From Smithella sp. M82 (GTDB lineage: Bacteria; Desulfobacterota; Syntrophia; Syntrophales; Smithellaceae): 64,000 nucleotides of DNA. The stretch lies in contig MAEO01000003.1 of NCBI GenBank assembly GCA_001683985.1, positions 5,505-69,504 of the forward strand, given 5' to 3'. The notes under the pieces were generated by a model that saw only the letters and a program-made list of their open reading frames with translations, had not been told where the DNA came from and did no database searches. Both the position numbers and the translations under genes were made by a program. The number at the start of each line of letters is the position of its first letter. Within the stretch, counting starts at the first letter, position 1. Positions 19,593 through 29,405 of this stretch are shown here, piece after piece.

Positions 19593-20186
19593 GAAAATTT
19601 TTTCTTCTTGTTTTTTTAAATCATCGGGGGTGTTAATATTAAGAAAAAGGCGTCCATCTTTATCGTACGATTTAATTTCTTCTTCTGTAATTTTTAACAA
19701 ACGCATGTCTTTAAATAAACCTGCAATCTTAAGTTTATCCGAAAGAATCATTTTTTTGATGGAAGGAAGACACCGACGTGAATAGATTGCATGTAAGGCT
19801 TGAAATCCTGTAGTGAGTGTAGCAGGAACAACAATATCATACTTGCCTGTCCTTTCAGCCATATAAAGTATAAAATCTTTATTCAGAGAAGGCATATCGC
19901 AGGCGCTGATAAAGGCGTAATCGTTTTTTGAATAGAACAGACCGGTATAAATACCTCCCAACGGGCCTTTGCCTTTGTAAATATCGGTCACAATAATTGT
20001 ATCTGAAAATTCAGTATAAGAAAGAGGATCATTGGCAACAATAATTATTTCAGAAAAAATATTTTTATATATGTCCAATATTTTATCAATTAATCTTTGT
20101 CCGTCAAGTTCAAGAAATGCCTTGTTGACGCCCATGCGGGAATTTTTACCGCCGGATAAAATGATTCCAGTGATTTCTTTTTTCAT
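19584..20186 (-). CDS. mobA: Molybdenum cofactor guanylyltransferase
   Basis: 200-aa ORF with ILSGGKNSRMGVNKAFL and ISACDMP, typical of MobA. Confidence 0.88.
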   Translation of the reverse strand: MKKEITGIILSGGKNSRMGVNKAFLELDGQRLIDKILDIYKNIFSEIIIVANDPLSYTEFSDTIIVTDIYKGKGPLGGIYTGLFYSKNDYAFISACDMPSLNKDFILYMAERTGKYDIVVPATLTTGFQALHAIYSRRCLPSIKKMILSDKLKIAGLFKDMRLLKITEEEIKSYDKDGRLFLNINTPDDLKKQEEKIFFL

Positions 20187-20219
20187 GCAAAAATTATTGA
20201 ATCCTTGCCTTATAATATA

Positions 20220-23200
20220 TTACTCTAACATTGTCTTTATGTCTTCATTTCCTTTAAATCTAAACACATTGAGCATGAATATTTCCAGTTTATTCATGAC
20301 ATTGGGAGGAAGAAGATTACCGTCAATTTCAACTGATATAATGGGATATTTTTGTTCTCTGGCCCATGGTGTCAGAACGCCTTCAATTACCCGGCCGATA
20401 AGACAGGCGAAAGGCGAAATATTTATTATGCCGGAATATCCGTTCATCATTGCAGTTGCGGCAACACCGCTGGAGATGCTTATTTCCGAATGAAGCTCCT
20501 GGTTAACAAAATGTCTTTCAGTATTTTTCATGATTTCTTCAATATTATGAGGTGAATCAGGAATCAATCCTGTTAAATCAAGTGTGCCCCTGATTTTTTT
20601 TTCAACATTATGTTTGTATATTTGCTCAATCTTCCATCTGATCAAATCCATAAACTCTCGAGCAAAAAATCGGCGATACCAGGGAAGTAAAGACAGTTTT
20701 TTTTTAATTTCGTGATATCGCACATAATCACAATAGTACACCCATTCTGCAATGCCGGATACTTTAACGATGATCCCGCGTCTGCTCAGATGCCGAATTA
20801 ATTCGCCTACGGCAAAATCATCGCGACGCACGTATATCTCGCCGACAATGAGCACTTTAGGACATGTCTCCATTTTTTTCTTTAAAGGAATATTGGCAAT
20901 CTCGGATGATATTTCCTTCAAAACGGGAAGAATTTTAGTGATATCTTTTTCGGCTATGCGGATCATTTTACGCCAAAGTTTATCATAAATCATGATTGCT
21001 TTTTCGGGATCGGCAGCGCAGGTTTTCAAGGATGTTTCCAGATCTTTCATGTAATCGCCGATGACAACTCCCCACCAGGCATATTTGGAAAATTCCGCAC
21101 CCAATTCATTATAGGAGTTGTCCGCACTCAAAGAAAATATAACAACATTTTCCAGTCGCAAGTCTTTAAAAATATTTTCAAAGAAGACAGCATATTGACC
21201 TGTCCGGCAAGGTCCTGAGGTGATGGGAACAAACAAAAGATAGATTTCGTCTTTGCGATATTGATCGGATGAAAAATATTTAAGAGCGCTGCCCAGGACG
21301 AGGTGTGAAGGCACGCATTCCTTGCCGGAAGCATGGTTGCGTGCCAGTTGCAAAGTATTTATGTCGGGAATGGGCATTGCTTCAGTGTTAATTCCGGATG
21401 ATCGGACAATTGCCGCCATAAGTTCGACCGAGAGCCTGCCCATACTGGAGAGCAGAACTTTAACACGCGGATTACCTTTAATAGGAATCTTTTCCCCTGT
21501 AAGCATATTTTTAATATGAATTTCATCGACCCGGTTGTTAACAAACCGCAGATTATTGTCATATCTTTCTTCATCAATATCTTTAAACTTTGATCGGTAT
21601 CCCTCGATAATATCTAAGAAAGCTTCAATACGCGTGTCAACGCCGGCGTCGGCTGTATGCGAATCCAATTCAAGAATCAAAAATGGTTTTGTACCCATTA
21701 TCCATTTCAGGTAATGAAGCAGAAATGAATCCGGTGCGCAGGAAAAATTAGATATATATGTAAGGTAGATATTATCTTCGTTTTTTAAAAATACGCCGGC
21801 CTTCATGTTCTGTTGACCGTAATACCAGTACATGTGCGGATATATTTCCGCATCGGCGAAAGGGAGAATATCAAAAGGAATAACCGAATAGCCGTTTGTT
21901 GTATATTTTTTTGGAATATCCATATTAGCATCCGTTGTGAAAGCATTGTAAGGACGACCCAATATGGCAATAACAGGTTTTTCAGCTCTCCTGGCTTCAG
22001 CCAGGGCTTTTTCGCCGAGACAGGTTGCTTTATTGAAAAATTCCTTTTGTTTGCCGTAAGCGATAGTAAAAGCCTTTTGGGATTCATGTTCGTCAAAGCC
22101 CAGTTTACGTCCCGTTTCGACAAAGGATTCGCTTGCTTTTTCTACACCGTACATAAAGCTGATTACCGGAGCCAGATATTTGTCTTCTGTAATTTCCGGA
22201 AAGGCTTTTTTGATATAATAAGGTAAACTTTGAGTGATAGGACAAAAATTTGCCGGGTAATTTTTTTCATAACTTTCCATGTCCTTGAAGTGCGGCAGGA
22301 AGATATAATCCGGATTACGCTCTAAAATATCCTGAACAGCCCCATGAGCTATTTCCGCCGGAAAACAATAGGTGCTTTCCACGCGAGCGGTGCCTTCAGG
22401 CAATATATTTTTTGAAACAAAAGTTTCAACTCCTAAAGAATGAAAAAACCAGGAGTAAAGAGGCCAAAGCGTGTAAATGGAAAAGCAGCGGGGAATGCCG
22501 ACAATACATTCTTTTTTCTTTACAAAATTTTGGGGATCGGGGGCACATTCTTTGAAAAGAAGATTGTTGCGCTGTTCTATATAATCATACACTTCCGCTT
22601 CATTGAGGACTTTTTTCTTTCTGATGTTGGCATATTTATTACATCGACCGCCGAACATGTATTTATTGTTGTTAACGCTGAGAATGCGGATAGGGCAGAA
22701 ATTATCGCAGGATTTACACTGAAATTCTTTTTCATAGATAATGTCGGTGGTGAGAATTTGATCGAGATCATAGGAAGTCTTGACCAAAAAGCCCTCTTTT
22801 AATTTTTGCTTGGCTAATACAGCAACTCCGAAACAACCCATGAGTTCGGGATCGGGAGGAACAAGAATGTTTTTGTTCAGCAGCATCGCAAAGGCTAAGG
22901 GCACCGCTTTATTTTTGGCTACACCTCCCTGTAGAACGATATTATTGCCGATGGTTCTGTTACCCACGACCCGGTTAAGATAGTTGGAGACTATGGATAA
23001 TACTATTCCTGCTGTGATGTCTTCACGTGAGGCTCCCTGCTGGATTGCTTTGCGAACATCCGAATTAATGAATGCTGAACAGTGTTCTCCGAATTTTAGT
23101 GGTTTGCCGGCTTGAAGCGCTATATCGCCGATTTCCGAAGCGCCGGCAATATTCAAATCACCCTGCGCCGATTCTTCAAGGAAAGATCCTGTGCCGGCGG

Positions 23201-24485
23201 AACATGCTTCATTCATAGCATAATCTATCGGAACTTTATTTTTCAGAAAAACATATTTGGCGTCTTGTCCGCCGATTTCGAATATTGTATCGATATTTTC
23301 GTTATAAAAAGTAGTGCCGACGGTATGAGCGATAATTTCATTATATACGGCGGGAGTTTCCAGAAATACGCCGAGAAGTTCCCGCGAAGATCCGGTTGTT
23401 GCTGCAATCGTTATGTTGATTTTACCGTTGCCGATATCTTCGTTTATTTGTTGTTTTATTTCGGACAAACAATTCTTTAATGCCTTAACGGGATCACCGA
23501 AAGTACGACCATAGAAAGAAGCCGTAATCTCGTTTGTTTCCATATCGATTAAGCAGGCTTTGGTCGTGGTTGATCCTCCGTCAACTCCCAGAATATATTC
23601 TTTTCCGGCTGTGACTTTAGCCTTGGGAGAGGGCAGGTAAGTTACTCTGCCTTCTGCAGTCTTTAAACTTTCGAATCGCTTAAACTGAATTCTGTTGGGC
23701 AAAAAAAGATTATCCGGCGAAGATAATACACTTCCTGAATTTCTGGCCATAAGTCCTGCTCCGTAGGCCTCAAAATACGAAGCCTGATCGGGAATTATGA
23801 ACTCAATTCCCGGCATACGCTCACGGATAAAACGAACTATATGTTGATTTTGTGTAACACCGCCGACAAGAAGAACCTTTCCTCTGGTTATTTTTGCTTT
23901 TTTGATAAAGTCAACCACTTTAGCGGCCATCACATCGGATAATGACAGAACAATATCTTCTTTGTCGGCTTCGCCTTTATTCAAGCGATGGGTACAGTCA
24001 CTTTTCATGAATACTGAACAACGTGAAGAAAGTTTCAGAACACGTCTCTGTTTCGAGATAGAATTAATATCATCAAAGCTCATGTTCATTCGTGCGAGCT
24101 GCTGTTTAAAAAACTCGCCGGTGCCCGAAGCGCATTTGTTTCCTGAAAAACTTTTTATAATCTTGTTATTATTATCAATTGTGTAAACAACAAAGTCTTC
24201 GCCGCCAAGGGAAACTACCGCATCAACTTTATAATTGAGATTTTGAATGGCTTCTTCAATACAAAGAGGTTCAATTACACTGTTGAGGTTTAAAAGGTGC
24301 CTGCCTTCGGTGCCGGTAGCCAAAGCTTTGATATTCTCCGGTATCTCATGGGATAATAAAACTTTTTCCAGAGTGTGAAGAAAATTTCCCTCGTGAGGCT
24401 CTACTTCACTCCATGAAATATTATTGCCTTCCAGCATACTGACTTTAACACTGGAGGAACCTATGTTAATTCCCAAACTATGCAT
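20220..24485 (-). CDS. Fusion of two BcrAD/BadFG-type (2-hydroxyacyl-CoA dehydratase activase-like) ATPase domains with a large C-terminal dehydratase-like (DUF2229-type) region
   Basis: 1421-aa ORF. ATPase domain 1 has GINIGSSSVKV, NKCASGTGEFF and RCSVFMKSD. ATPase domain 2 has GVDGGSTTTKA, EIGGQDAKY, NEACSAGTGSFLE and HCSAFINSD. A Cys cluster (CKSCDNFCP...GGRCNKY) follows, then about 800 aa resembling activase-associated or HgdAB-like domains. Confidence 0.85.
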   Translation of the reverse strand: MHSLGINIGSSSVKVSMLEGNNISWSEVEPHEGNFLHTLEKVLLSHEIPENIKALATGTEGRHLLNLNSVIEPLCIEEAIQNLNYKVDAVVSLGGEDFVVYTIDNNNKIIKSFSGNKCASGTGEFFKQQLARMNMSFDDINSISKQRRVLKLSSRCSVFMKSDCTHRLNKGEADKEDIVLSLSDVMAAKVVDFIKKAKITRGKVLLVGGVTQNQHIVRFIRERMPGIEFIIPDQASYFEAYGAGLMARNSGSVLSSPDNLFLPNRIQFKRFESLKTAEGRVTYLPSPKAKVTAGKEYILGVDGGSTTTKACLIDMETNEITASFYGRTFGDPVKALKNCLSEIKQQINEDIGNGKINITIAATTGSSRELLGVFLETPAVYNEIIAHTVGTTFYNENIDTIFEIGGQDAKYVFLKNKVPIDYAMNEACSAGTGSFLEESAQGDLNIAGASEIGDIALQAGKPLKFGEHCSAFINSDVRKAIQQGASREDITAGIVLSIVSNYLNRVVGNRTIGNNIVLQGGVAKNKAVPLAFAMLLNKNILVPPDPELMGCFGVAVLAKQKLKEGFLVKTSYDLDQILTTDIIYEKEFQCKSCDNFCPIRILSVNNNKYMFGGRCNKYANIRKKKVLNEAEVYDYIEQRNNLLFKECAPDPQNFVKKKECIVGIPRCFSIYTLWPLYSWFFHSLGVETFVSKNILPEGTARVESTYCFPAEIAHGAVQDILERNPDYIFLPHFKDMESYEKNYPANFCPITQSLPYYIKKAFPEITEDKYLAPVISFMYGVEKASESFVETGRKLGFDEHESQKAFTIAYGKQKEFFNKATCLGEKALAEARRAEKPVIAILGRPYNAFTTDANMDIPKKYTTNGYSVIPFDILPFADAEIYPHMYWYYGQQNMKAGVFLKNEDNIYLTYISNFSCAPDSFLLHYLKWIMGTKPFLILELDSHTADAGVDTRIEAFLDIIEGYRSKFKDIDEERYDNNLRFVNNRVDEIHIKNMLTGEKIPIKGNPRVKVLLSSMGRLSVELMAAIVRSSGINTEAMPIPDINTLQLARNHASGKECVPSHLVLGSALKYFSSDQYRKDEIYLLFVPITSGPCRTGQYAVFFENIFKDLRLENVVIFSLSADNSYNELGAEFSKYAWWGVVIGDYMKDLETSLKTCAADPEKAIMIYDKLWRKMIRIAEKDITKILPVLKEISSEIANIPLKKKMETCPKVLIVGEIYVRRDDFAVGELIRHLSRRGIIVKVSGIAEWVYYCDYVRYHEIKKKLSLLPWYRRFFAREFMDLIRWKIEQIYKHNVEKKIRGTLDLTGLIPDSPHNIEEIMKNTERHFVNQELHSEISISSGVAATAMMNGYSGIINISPFACLIGRVIEGVLTPWAREQKYPIISVEIDGNLLPPNVMNKLEIFMLNVFRFKGNEDIKTMLE

Positions 24486-24547
24486 ACAACATTTATATAT
24501 TACAAAATATTATTGAAAAATAATTTTAAAACCGCATATTAGATTAA

Positions 24548-24597
24548 TAAAAAAAAACCGCAACAGGAAAATTTAATTAATATTCCGCGCTGCGGTT
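24548..24597 (-). terminator. Rho-independent terminator downstream of atpB
   Basis: The minus strand reads AACCGCA...(imperfect inner pairing GGAA/TTCC)...TGCGGTT followed by nine U residues. Confidence 0.6.
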
Positions 24598-24623
24598 CTG
24601 TAGGTAAATATAATATTTTTATA

Positions 24624-25277
24624 TTAGTGACCTTCTTCCATAGCACCGGCAATATACATCATTGATAAAAGCATAAACACCAGCGTCTGCACTAAAGATG
24701 TAAAAATCATCAGCGCAAAAACAGGAAGCGGAACAAAATATGGTACAAGAAAAAGAACGACTAAAAGGACGATATCTTCGCCTTTGATGTTACCGAATAG
24801 CCGGAAAGTCAATGAGAGAGGACGTGATAGATGACTTATAATTTCAATGGGCAACATAAGAGGTGTAAGCCACCAGACAGGTCCCATAAATTGTTTGAAG
24901 TATTTCAGTCCATGCTCTTTAACTCCAACAACATGAGTAGAAAAAAATACAACCAGAGCCATGGCAACATTTGTGTTAATGTTTGCAGTGGGTGATTCAA
25001 AACCGGGGATTATACCTATCAGATTGGAAGTAAGAATAAATAATCCCAAAGTTGCTATCAAAGGGAAAAATTTTCTACCGTTGTGTCCCATAATTTCTTC
25101 AAGAAGAGAGTCAAAACCTCCAATAATCACTTCCATTACGTTTTGGAACTTATTCGGATAAACAGCCAAACGCCTTGTGGCCAGGAAAGAAAGGGTGGCC
25201 AAAAAGATTCCGACAAATAATGCATACATAATTTGTTCAGGAACATAATGATTTTCCAGGAAAAGCAGCGGATGCAT
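24624..25277 (-). CDS. atpB: F-type ATP synthase subunit a
   Basis: 217-aa multi-TM ORF with [15 protein letters not shown], which contains the conserved essential Arg of subunit a. Confidence 0.93.
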   Translation of the reverse strand: MHPLLFLENHYVPEQIMYALFVGIFLATLSFLATRRLAVYPNKFQNVMEVIIGGFDSLLEEIMGHNGRKFFPLIATLGLFILTSNLIGIIPGFESPTANINTNVAMALVVFFSTHVVGVKEHGLKYFKQFMGPVWWLTPLMLPIEIISHLSRPLSLTFRLFGNIKGEDIVLLVVLFLVPYFVPLPVFALMIFTSLVQTLVFMLLSMMYIAGAMEEGH

Positions 25278-25280
25278 ATT

Positions 25281-25682
25281 TTACTTGATAACCTCCTCAA
25301 TTAATTTTTTTTTTGCCGTAGTTATGATTAGCGTGACAATTATTATGTTGATAACCACCACGGAAAGTCCGATGAGTAATCCAATTACGTTTACTGTTTC
25401 ATAAGCAATCAGGAAATACAATACAATAGCGGTAAGTGCCAGACGAAGATAATATTTAATTATTACAGGACCTTTCACATTCTTTGACGTGCCGGTAAAA
25501 AGTCCTCGCAAACCCCGTTCCATCCAGTAAAAATTGATAATGCTAATAAATCCACCCAGAAGTATGCCCAAGGCAAATTTATAATGAGCTAAAATGATTG
25601 CGGGGATAAAAAGAACAGCCAAAACAATCCAATTGAGAAGTTCAATCTTTTTTTGCAGCGGGTCTTTGACGATGAGGTTCAC
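25281..25682 (-). CDS. atpI: ATP synthase protein I (AtpI-like small membrane protein)
   Basis: 133-aa ORF with four predicted TM helices, placed between atpZ-like and atpB. The call rests on position and hydrophobicity pattern, and the start is uncertain. Confidence 0.6.
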   Translation of the reverse strand: MNLIVKDPLQKKIELLNWIVLAVLFIPAIILAHYKFALGILLGGFISIINFYWMERGLRGLFTGTSKNVKGPVIIKYYLRLALTAIVLYFLIAYETVNVIGLLIGLSVVVINIIIVTLIITTAKKKLIEEVIK

Positions 25683-25926
25683 TTTTTAAACTCTTTATAA
25701 TCGGTTCTTCATCCGTAAAATTTTTTTTAATCAAAACGTATATATTTCGAAAACCGGCTGCAATTCCTATCATCAGGAAGACAACAGTAAAAACATAACC
25801 GGAGTCGAATTTACGATCTAAATAATTCCCCAGCAAAAGACATCCAAATACAGCCAAAACCATGGCTATACCGATGCTGCTGGCTAAAGCCATTTGCATA
25901 GCATACTTTCGGATATCGTTATCCAT
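25642..25926 (-). CDS. atpZ: AtpZ-like (ATPase_gene1 family) small membrane protein
   Basis: The start is moved to the ATG at 25926 (MDNDIRKYAMQMALASSIGIAMV...). It has two TM helices and is the first gene of the atp membrane cluster. Confidence 0.6.
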   Translation of the reverse strand: MDNDIRKYAMQMALASSIGIAMVLAVFGCLLLGNYLDRKFDSGYVFTVVFLMIGIAAGFRNIYVLIKKNFTDEEPIIKSLKSEPHRQRPAAKKD

Positions 25927-25987
25927 TTTGCCGCGGAAGCTCCTTAACATGAATAAGACTGCAAGTCAATAAAAATATGACCGGCGT

Positions 25988-26932
25988 TCATTTTTTCAAT
26001 AAATGACGATTTCCCCTGTACCATTCGATAGTTTTAGAAAGCCCTGTGATAATATCAGTACGAGCAGTAAAGCCGAATTCTTTTAATGCCCTGGAAGTGT
26101 CGAGCATCCGTTTTGGCTGCCCGTCCGGCTTGGATTTATTCCAGGTAACTTCCCCAGTGAAACCGGTTAATTCCACGATCAGTTTTGTCAAATCTTTGAT
26201 GGATATTTCCGAGCCGGTTCCTATGTTAACCGGTTCACTTTTGTTGTAAGATAAGGCGGCCATATAAATTGCTTCGGCCGCATCTTCCACATAAAAAAAT
26301 TCGCGGGTCGCGAACCCGGTACCCCAGACTTCTATTTTGTCATTATGTGTATCTATCGCATCAAAACACTTTTTTATTAACGCCGGAATAACATGCGATG
26401 AGTTCGGATCAAAATTATCTCCCGGACCGTAAAGGTTTACAGGAAGCAAAAAAATTGAATTGAAACCGTATTGCTGACGGTAAGCCTGTGATTGCACCAG
26501 CATCATTTTTTTTGCAAGTCCATATGGCGCATTGGTTTCTTCCGGATACCCGTTCCAGATATCTTCTTCTTTAAAAGGTACTGGTGTAAATTTTGGATAA
26601 GCGCATATTGTTCCCAGAGCGACGAATTTTTCAATATTATGCAGATAGCCCTCGTGAAGCAGTTGAGTGCCCATGATCAGGTTATCGTAAAAAAGTTCTG
26701 CCGGTTTTTCCTGATTAAACCCTATGCCGCCGACCTTGGCTGCGAGATGAATAACTATTTGAGGTTTAGTTTCTTCATACATCCGTTGAATGTCGGTGAT
26801 ATTGGTAAGGTTGTATTCGGGAAGATCGGCAATTTTGACATTAGTGCAACCGTGATCTTTTAAATTTTTTAAAAGATGGCCTCCCAGAAATCCTTTACCA
26901 CCGGTAACGGTTATTTGCTTATTTTTCAGCAA
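25988..26932 (-). CDS. fcl: GDP-L-fucose synthase
   Basis: 314-aa SDR with [12 protein letters not shown] and NAPYGLAKK (YxxxK), immediately downstream of gmd. Confidence 0.9.
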   Translation of the reverse strand: MLKNKQITVTGGKGFLGGHLLKNLKDHGCTNVKIADLPEYNLTNITDIQRMYEETKPQIVIHLAAKVGGIGFNQEKPAELFYDNLIMGTQLLHEGYLHNIEKFVALGTICAYPKFTPVPFKEEDIWNGYPEETNAPYGLAKKMMLVQSQAYRQQYGFNSIFLLPVNLYGPGDNFDPNSSHVIPALIKKCFDAIDTHNDKIEVWGTGFATREFFYVEDAAEAIYMAALSYNKSEPVNIGTGSEISIKDLTKLIVELTGFTGEVTWNKSKPDGQPKRMLDTSRALKEFGFTARTDIITGLSKTIEWYRGNRHLLKK

Positions 26933-26951
26933 TGATTATCCCTTATTCAAG

Positions 26952-27983
26952 TTAAACAGGATGTTCGTTGTTGTTACAGGAGAAACCTGCATCAACAAGA
27001 GTTTTTTCTCTTCGTGCCAATTCCAGATCATTTTCGATCATCATATCGATCAGACCGTCCAAAGTTAGTTTTGGACTCCAATTTAAAGTATTTTTTGCTT
27101 TGGATGCATCGCCCAGCAATACATCGACTTCCGTAGGGCGAAAATAACGCGGATCAATAAAAACATATTTTTTATAATCCAGATCGAGCTTGCTGAATAC
27201 TTTTTGCGTAAATTCCCGTACCGAATGTGTCTCACCGGTGGCAATAACAAAATCATCAGCTTTATCCTGCTGTAACATAAGCCACATCGCTTCTACAAAA
27301 TCTCCCGCAAAACCCCAGTCTCTTTTGGCTTCAAGATTACCCAAATATACCTTGTCTTTTAATCCCAGTTTGATTTGTGTGGCTGCGCGGGTTATTTTTC
27401 TGGTTACAAAAGTTTCTCCACGCCGAGGTGATTCGTGGTTAAAGAGGATACCATTGGCAGCAAAAAGTCCATATGCATCGCGATAGTTTTGCACAATATG
27501 ATACGCATAAACTTTAGCGGCAGCATATGGACTTCGCGGCTGAAATATGGTCTTTTCGTTTTGCGGAGGTGGCGCGGCGCCGAACATTTCGCTTGATGAT
27601 GCCTGATAAAATCTGGTTTTTATACCTGTTTTGCGTATTGCCTCTAATATCCTCAGTGTTCCTAACCCTGTGACATCACCTGTGTATTCCGGTATATCAA
27701 AACTTACGCGGACATGACTTTGAGCTCCGAGGTGGTAAATTTCAGAAGGCTGAATAGAGTGAAGCAAATCCATAAGCTGACCGGAAACACTCAAATCGCC
27801 ATAGTGGAGGAATAATTTTGTATCCGGAGTATGAAAGTCACGATAAAGATGATTGATGCGATCCGTATTAAAAGAGCTCGAACGACGAATCAAACCGTGA
27901 ACTTCATATCCTTTATTTAGAAGAAATTCTGTTAAGTAAGAGCCATCCTGTCCGGTAATACCGGTAATAAAAGCTTTTTTCAT
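26952..27983 (-). CDS. gmd: GDP-mannose 4,6-dehydratase
   Basis: 343-aa ORF with [27 protein letters not shown] and [11 protein letters not shown], typical of Gmd. Confidence 0.95.
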   Translation of the reverse strand: MKKAFITGITGQDGSYLTEFLLNKGYEVHGLIRRSSSFNTDRINHLYRDFHTPDTKLFLHYGDLSVSGQLMDLLHSIQPSEIYHLGAQSHVRVSFDIPEYTGDVTGLGTLRILEAIRKTGIKTRFYQASSSEMFGAAPPPQNEKTIFQPRSPYAAAKVYAYHIVQNYRDAYGLFAANGILFNHESPRRGETFVTRKITRAATQIKLGLKDKVYLGNLEAKRDWGFAGDFVEAMWLMLQQDKADDFVIATGETHSVREFTQKVFSKLDLDYKKYVFIDPRYFRPTEVDVLLGDASKAKNTLNWSPKLTLDGLIDMMIENDLELARREKTLVDAGFSCNNNEHPV

Positions 27984-28008
27984 TTTATATCCTTAAAATA
28001 TTTAAATT

Positions 28009-29328
28009 TTATAGACGCCAGTAATTAATTCCCGATGATTTGGCTTTTTCCGGTTCAAAGACAGCTTTGATATCAAGAAAAATAGGGAAATTATTCCGGC
28101 ATAATCCTGCTATACGGTTAAGACCCATTTCTTTGTAACTGTTGTGTGCCACAGCCAAAACAACGGCATCAACGTTTTTTATTTTATTTAGCGAAATAAG
28201 ATCAATATTATAATGTTGATGGGCTTCATGAATATCTGCCAAGGGATCGTGAACCAAGACTTCTACACCGTAATCCTTTAGTTCGTTTACTATATCGATA
28301 ACTCTGGTGTTTCGCAAGTCAGGCACGTTTTCTTTAAATGAAAGTCCTAAAACTGCGACACGTGCCTTATTTACCTGAATACCCGAGGCAATCATCATTT
28401 TAATCGTTTTTTGAGCCACATATTTACCCATATTGTCGTTGATTCTTCGTCCGGCCAGAATGACTTCCGGACGATAGCCGATACTTTCCGCTTTGTAAGT
28501 AAGATAATAGGGATCGACACCAATGCAGTGGCCGCCAACAAGGCCGGGACGGAAAGAAAGAAAATTCCATTTGGTTTCCGCAGCTTCTAAAACTTCAAGA
28601 GTGTCTATTCCCATTCTGTTGAAAATAATGGCCAGTTCATTCATCAAAGCTATATTAATATCGCGCTGCGTATTTTCGATAACTTTGGCTGCTTCGGCAA
28701 CCTTTATTGACGAAACACGATGCAGATTGACTTTAACGACGGCACCATAGATACCTTCCAGTAAATTCAAGGTAGCAGTATCGGAAGCGGAGATTATTTT
28801 TATTGTGTTACTGATAGTGTGAATTTTATCACCGGGATTGATACGTTCAGGGGAATAGCCCACAGTAAAATCTCTGCCGAATTTTAATTTTGATTCTCTC
28901 TCCAGTATAGGAACGCAAATATCTTCAGTAACACCAGGATATACGGTTGATTCATAAACCACGCAGGAACCGGAAGACATTTGCTTCCCAATGATATCCG
29001 ATGCATTTTCGATCGCACTAAGGTCCGGGACATGAAAATGGTCAACAGGCGTAGGAACAGCGACGATAAAAAGTTTGCTTGAAGAAAGATCGGACTGTCT
29101 GGAAGTAAAATGAATTTTTGATTTCTTTAATTCAGCATCGGACAGTTCCATTGTGCGGTCATGTCCTTTTTTTAGTTCCGAAACTATTTCTTCGTTGATA
29201 TCAAATCCGATGACCTTGAAGTGTCGCGATAAATGAGCCGCCAGCGGCAATCCTACATATCCCAGACCTATAACAGCGATTTTGTTTTTACCCGCGAAAA
29301 AAGTTTGAGCTGTTAAAGTTCGATTCAT
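28009..29328 (-). CDS. Nucleotide-sugar 6-dehydrogenase (UDP-N-acetylhexosamine dehydrogenase-like, TviB/WbpO/WecC group)
   Basis: 439-aa ORF with IAVIGLGYVGLPLA, GYSPERINPGD and GGHCIGVDP (catalytic Cys). Exact substrate cannot be assigned from the sequence. Confidence 0.85.
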   Translation of the reverse strand: MNRTLTAQTFFAGKNKIAVIGLGYVGLPLAAHLSRHFKVIGFDINEEIVSELKKGHDRTMELSDAELKKSKIHFTSRQSDLSSSKLFIVAVPTPVDHFHVPDLSAIENASDIIGKQMSSGSCVVYESTVYPGVTEDICVPILERESKLKFGRDFTVGYSPERINPGDKIHTISNTIKIISASDTATLNLLEGIYGAVVKVNLHRVSSIKVAEAAKVIENTQRDINIALMNELAIIFNRMGIDTLEVLEAAETKWNFLSFRPGLVGGHCIGVDPYYLTYKAESIGYRPEVILAGRRINDNMGKYVAQKTIKMMIASGIQVNKARVAVLGLSFKENVPDLRNTRVIDIVNELKDYGVEVLVHDPLADIHEAHQHYNIDLISLNKIKNVDAVVLAVAHNSYKEMGLNRIAGLCRNNFPIFLDIKAVFEPEKAKSSGINYWRL

Positions 29329-29405
29329 AAATTAAATCCTTATGCAAATTTGAGGAATTTCGTAAAAACTATTACAAAATAAATTTGCAGTTGTCAATGA
29401 ACCGT

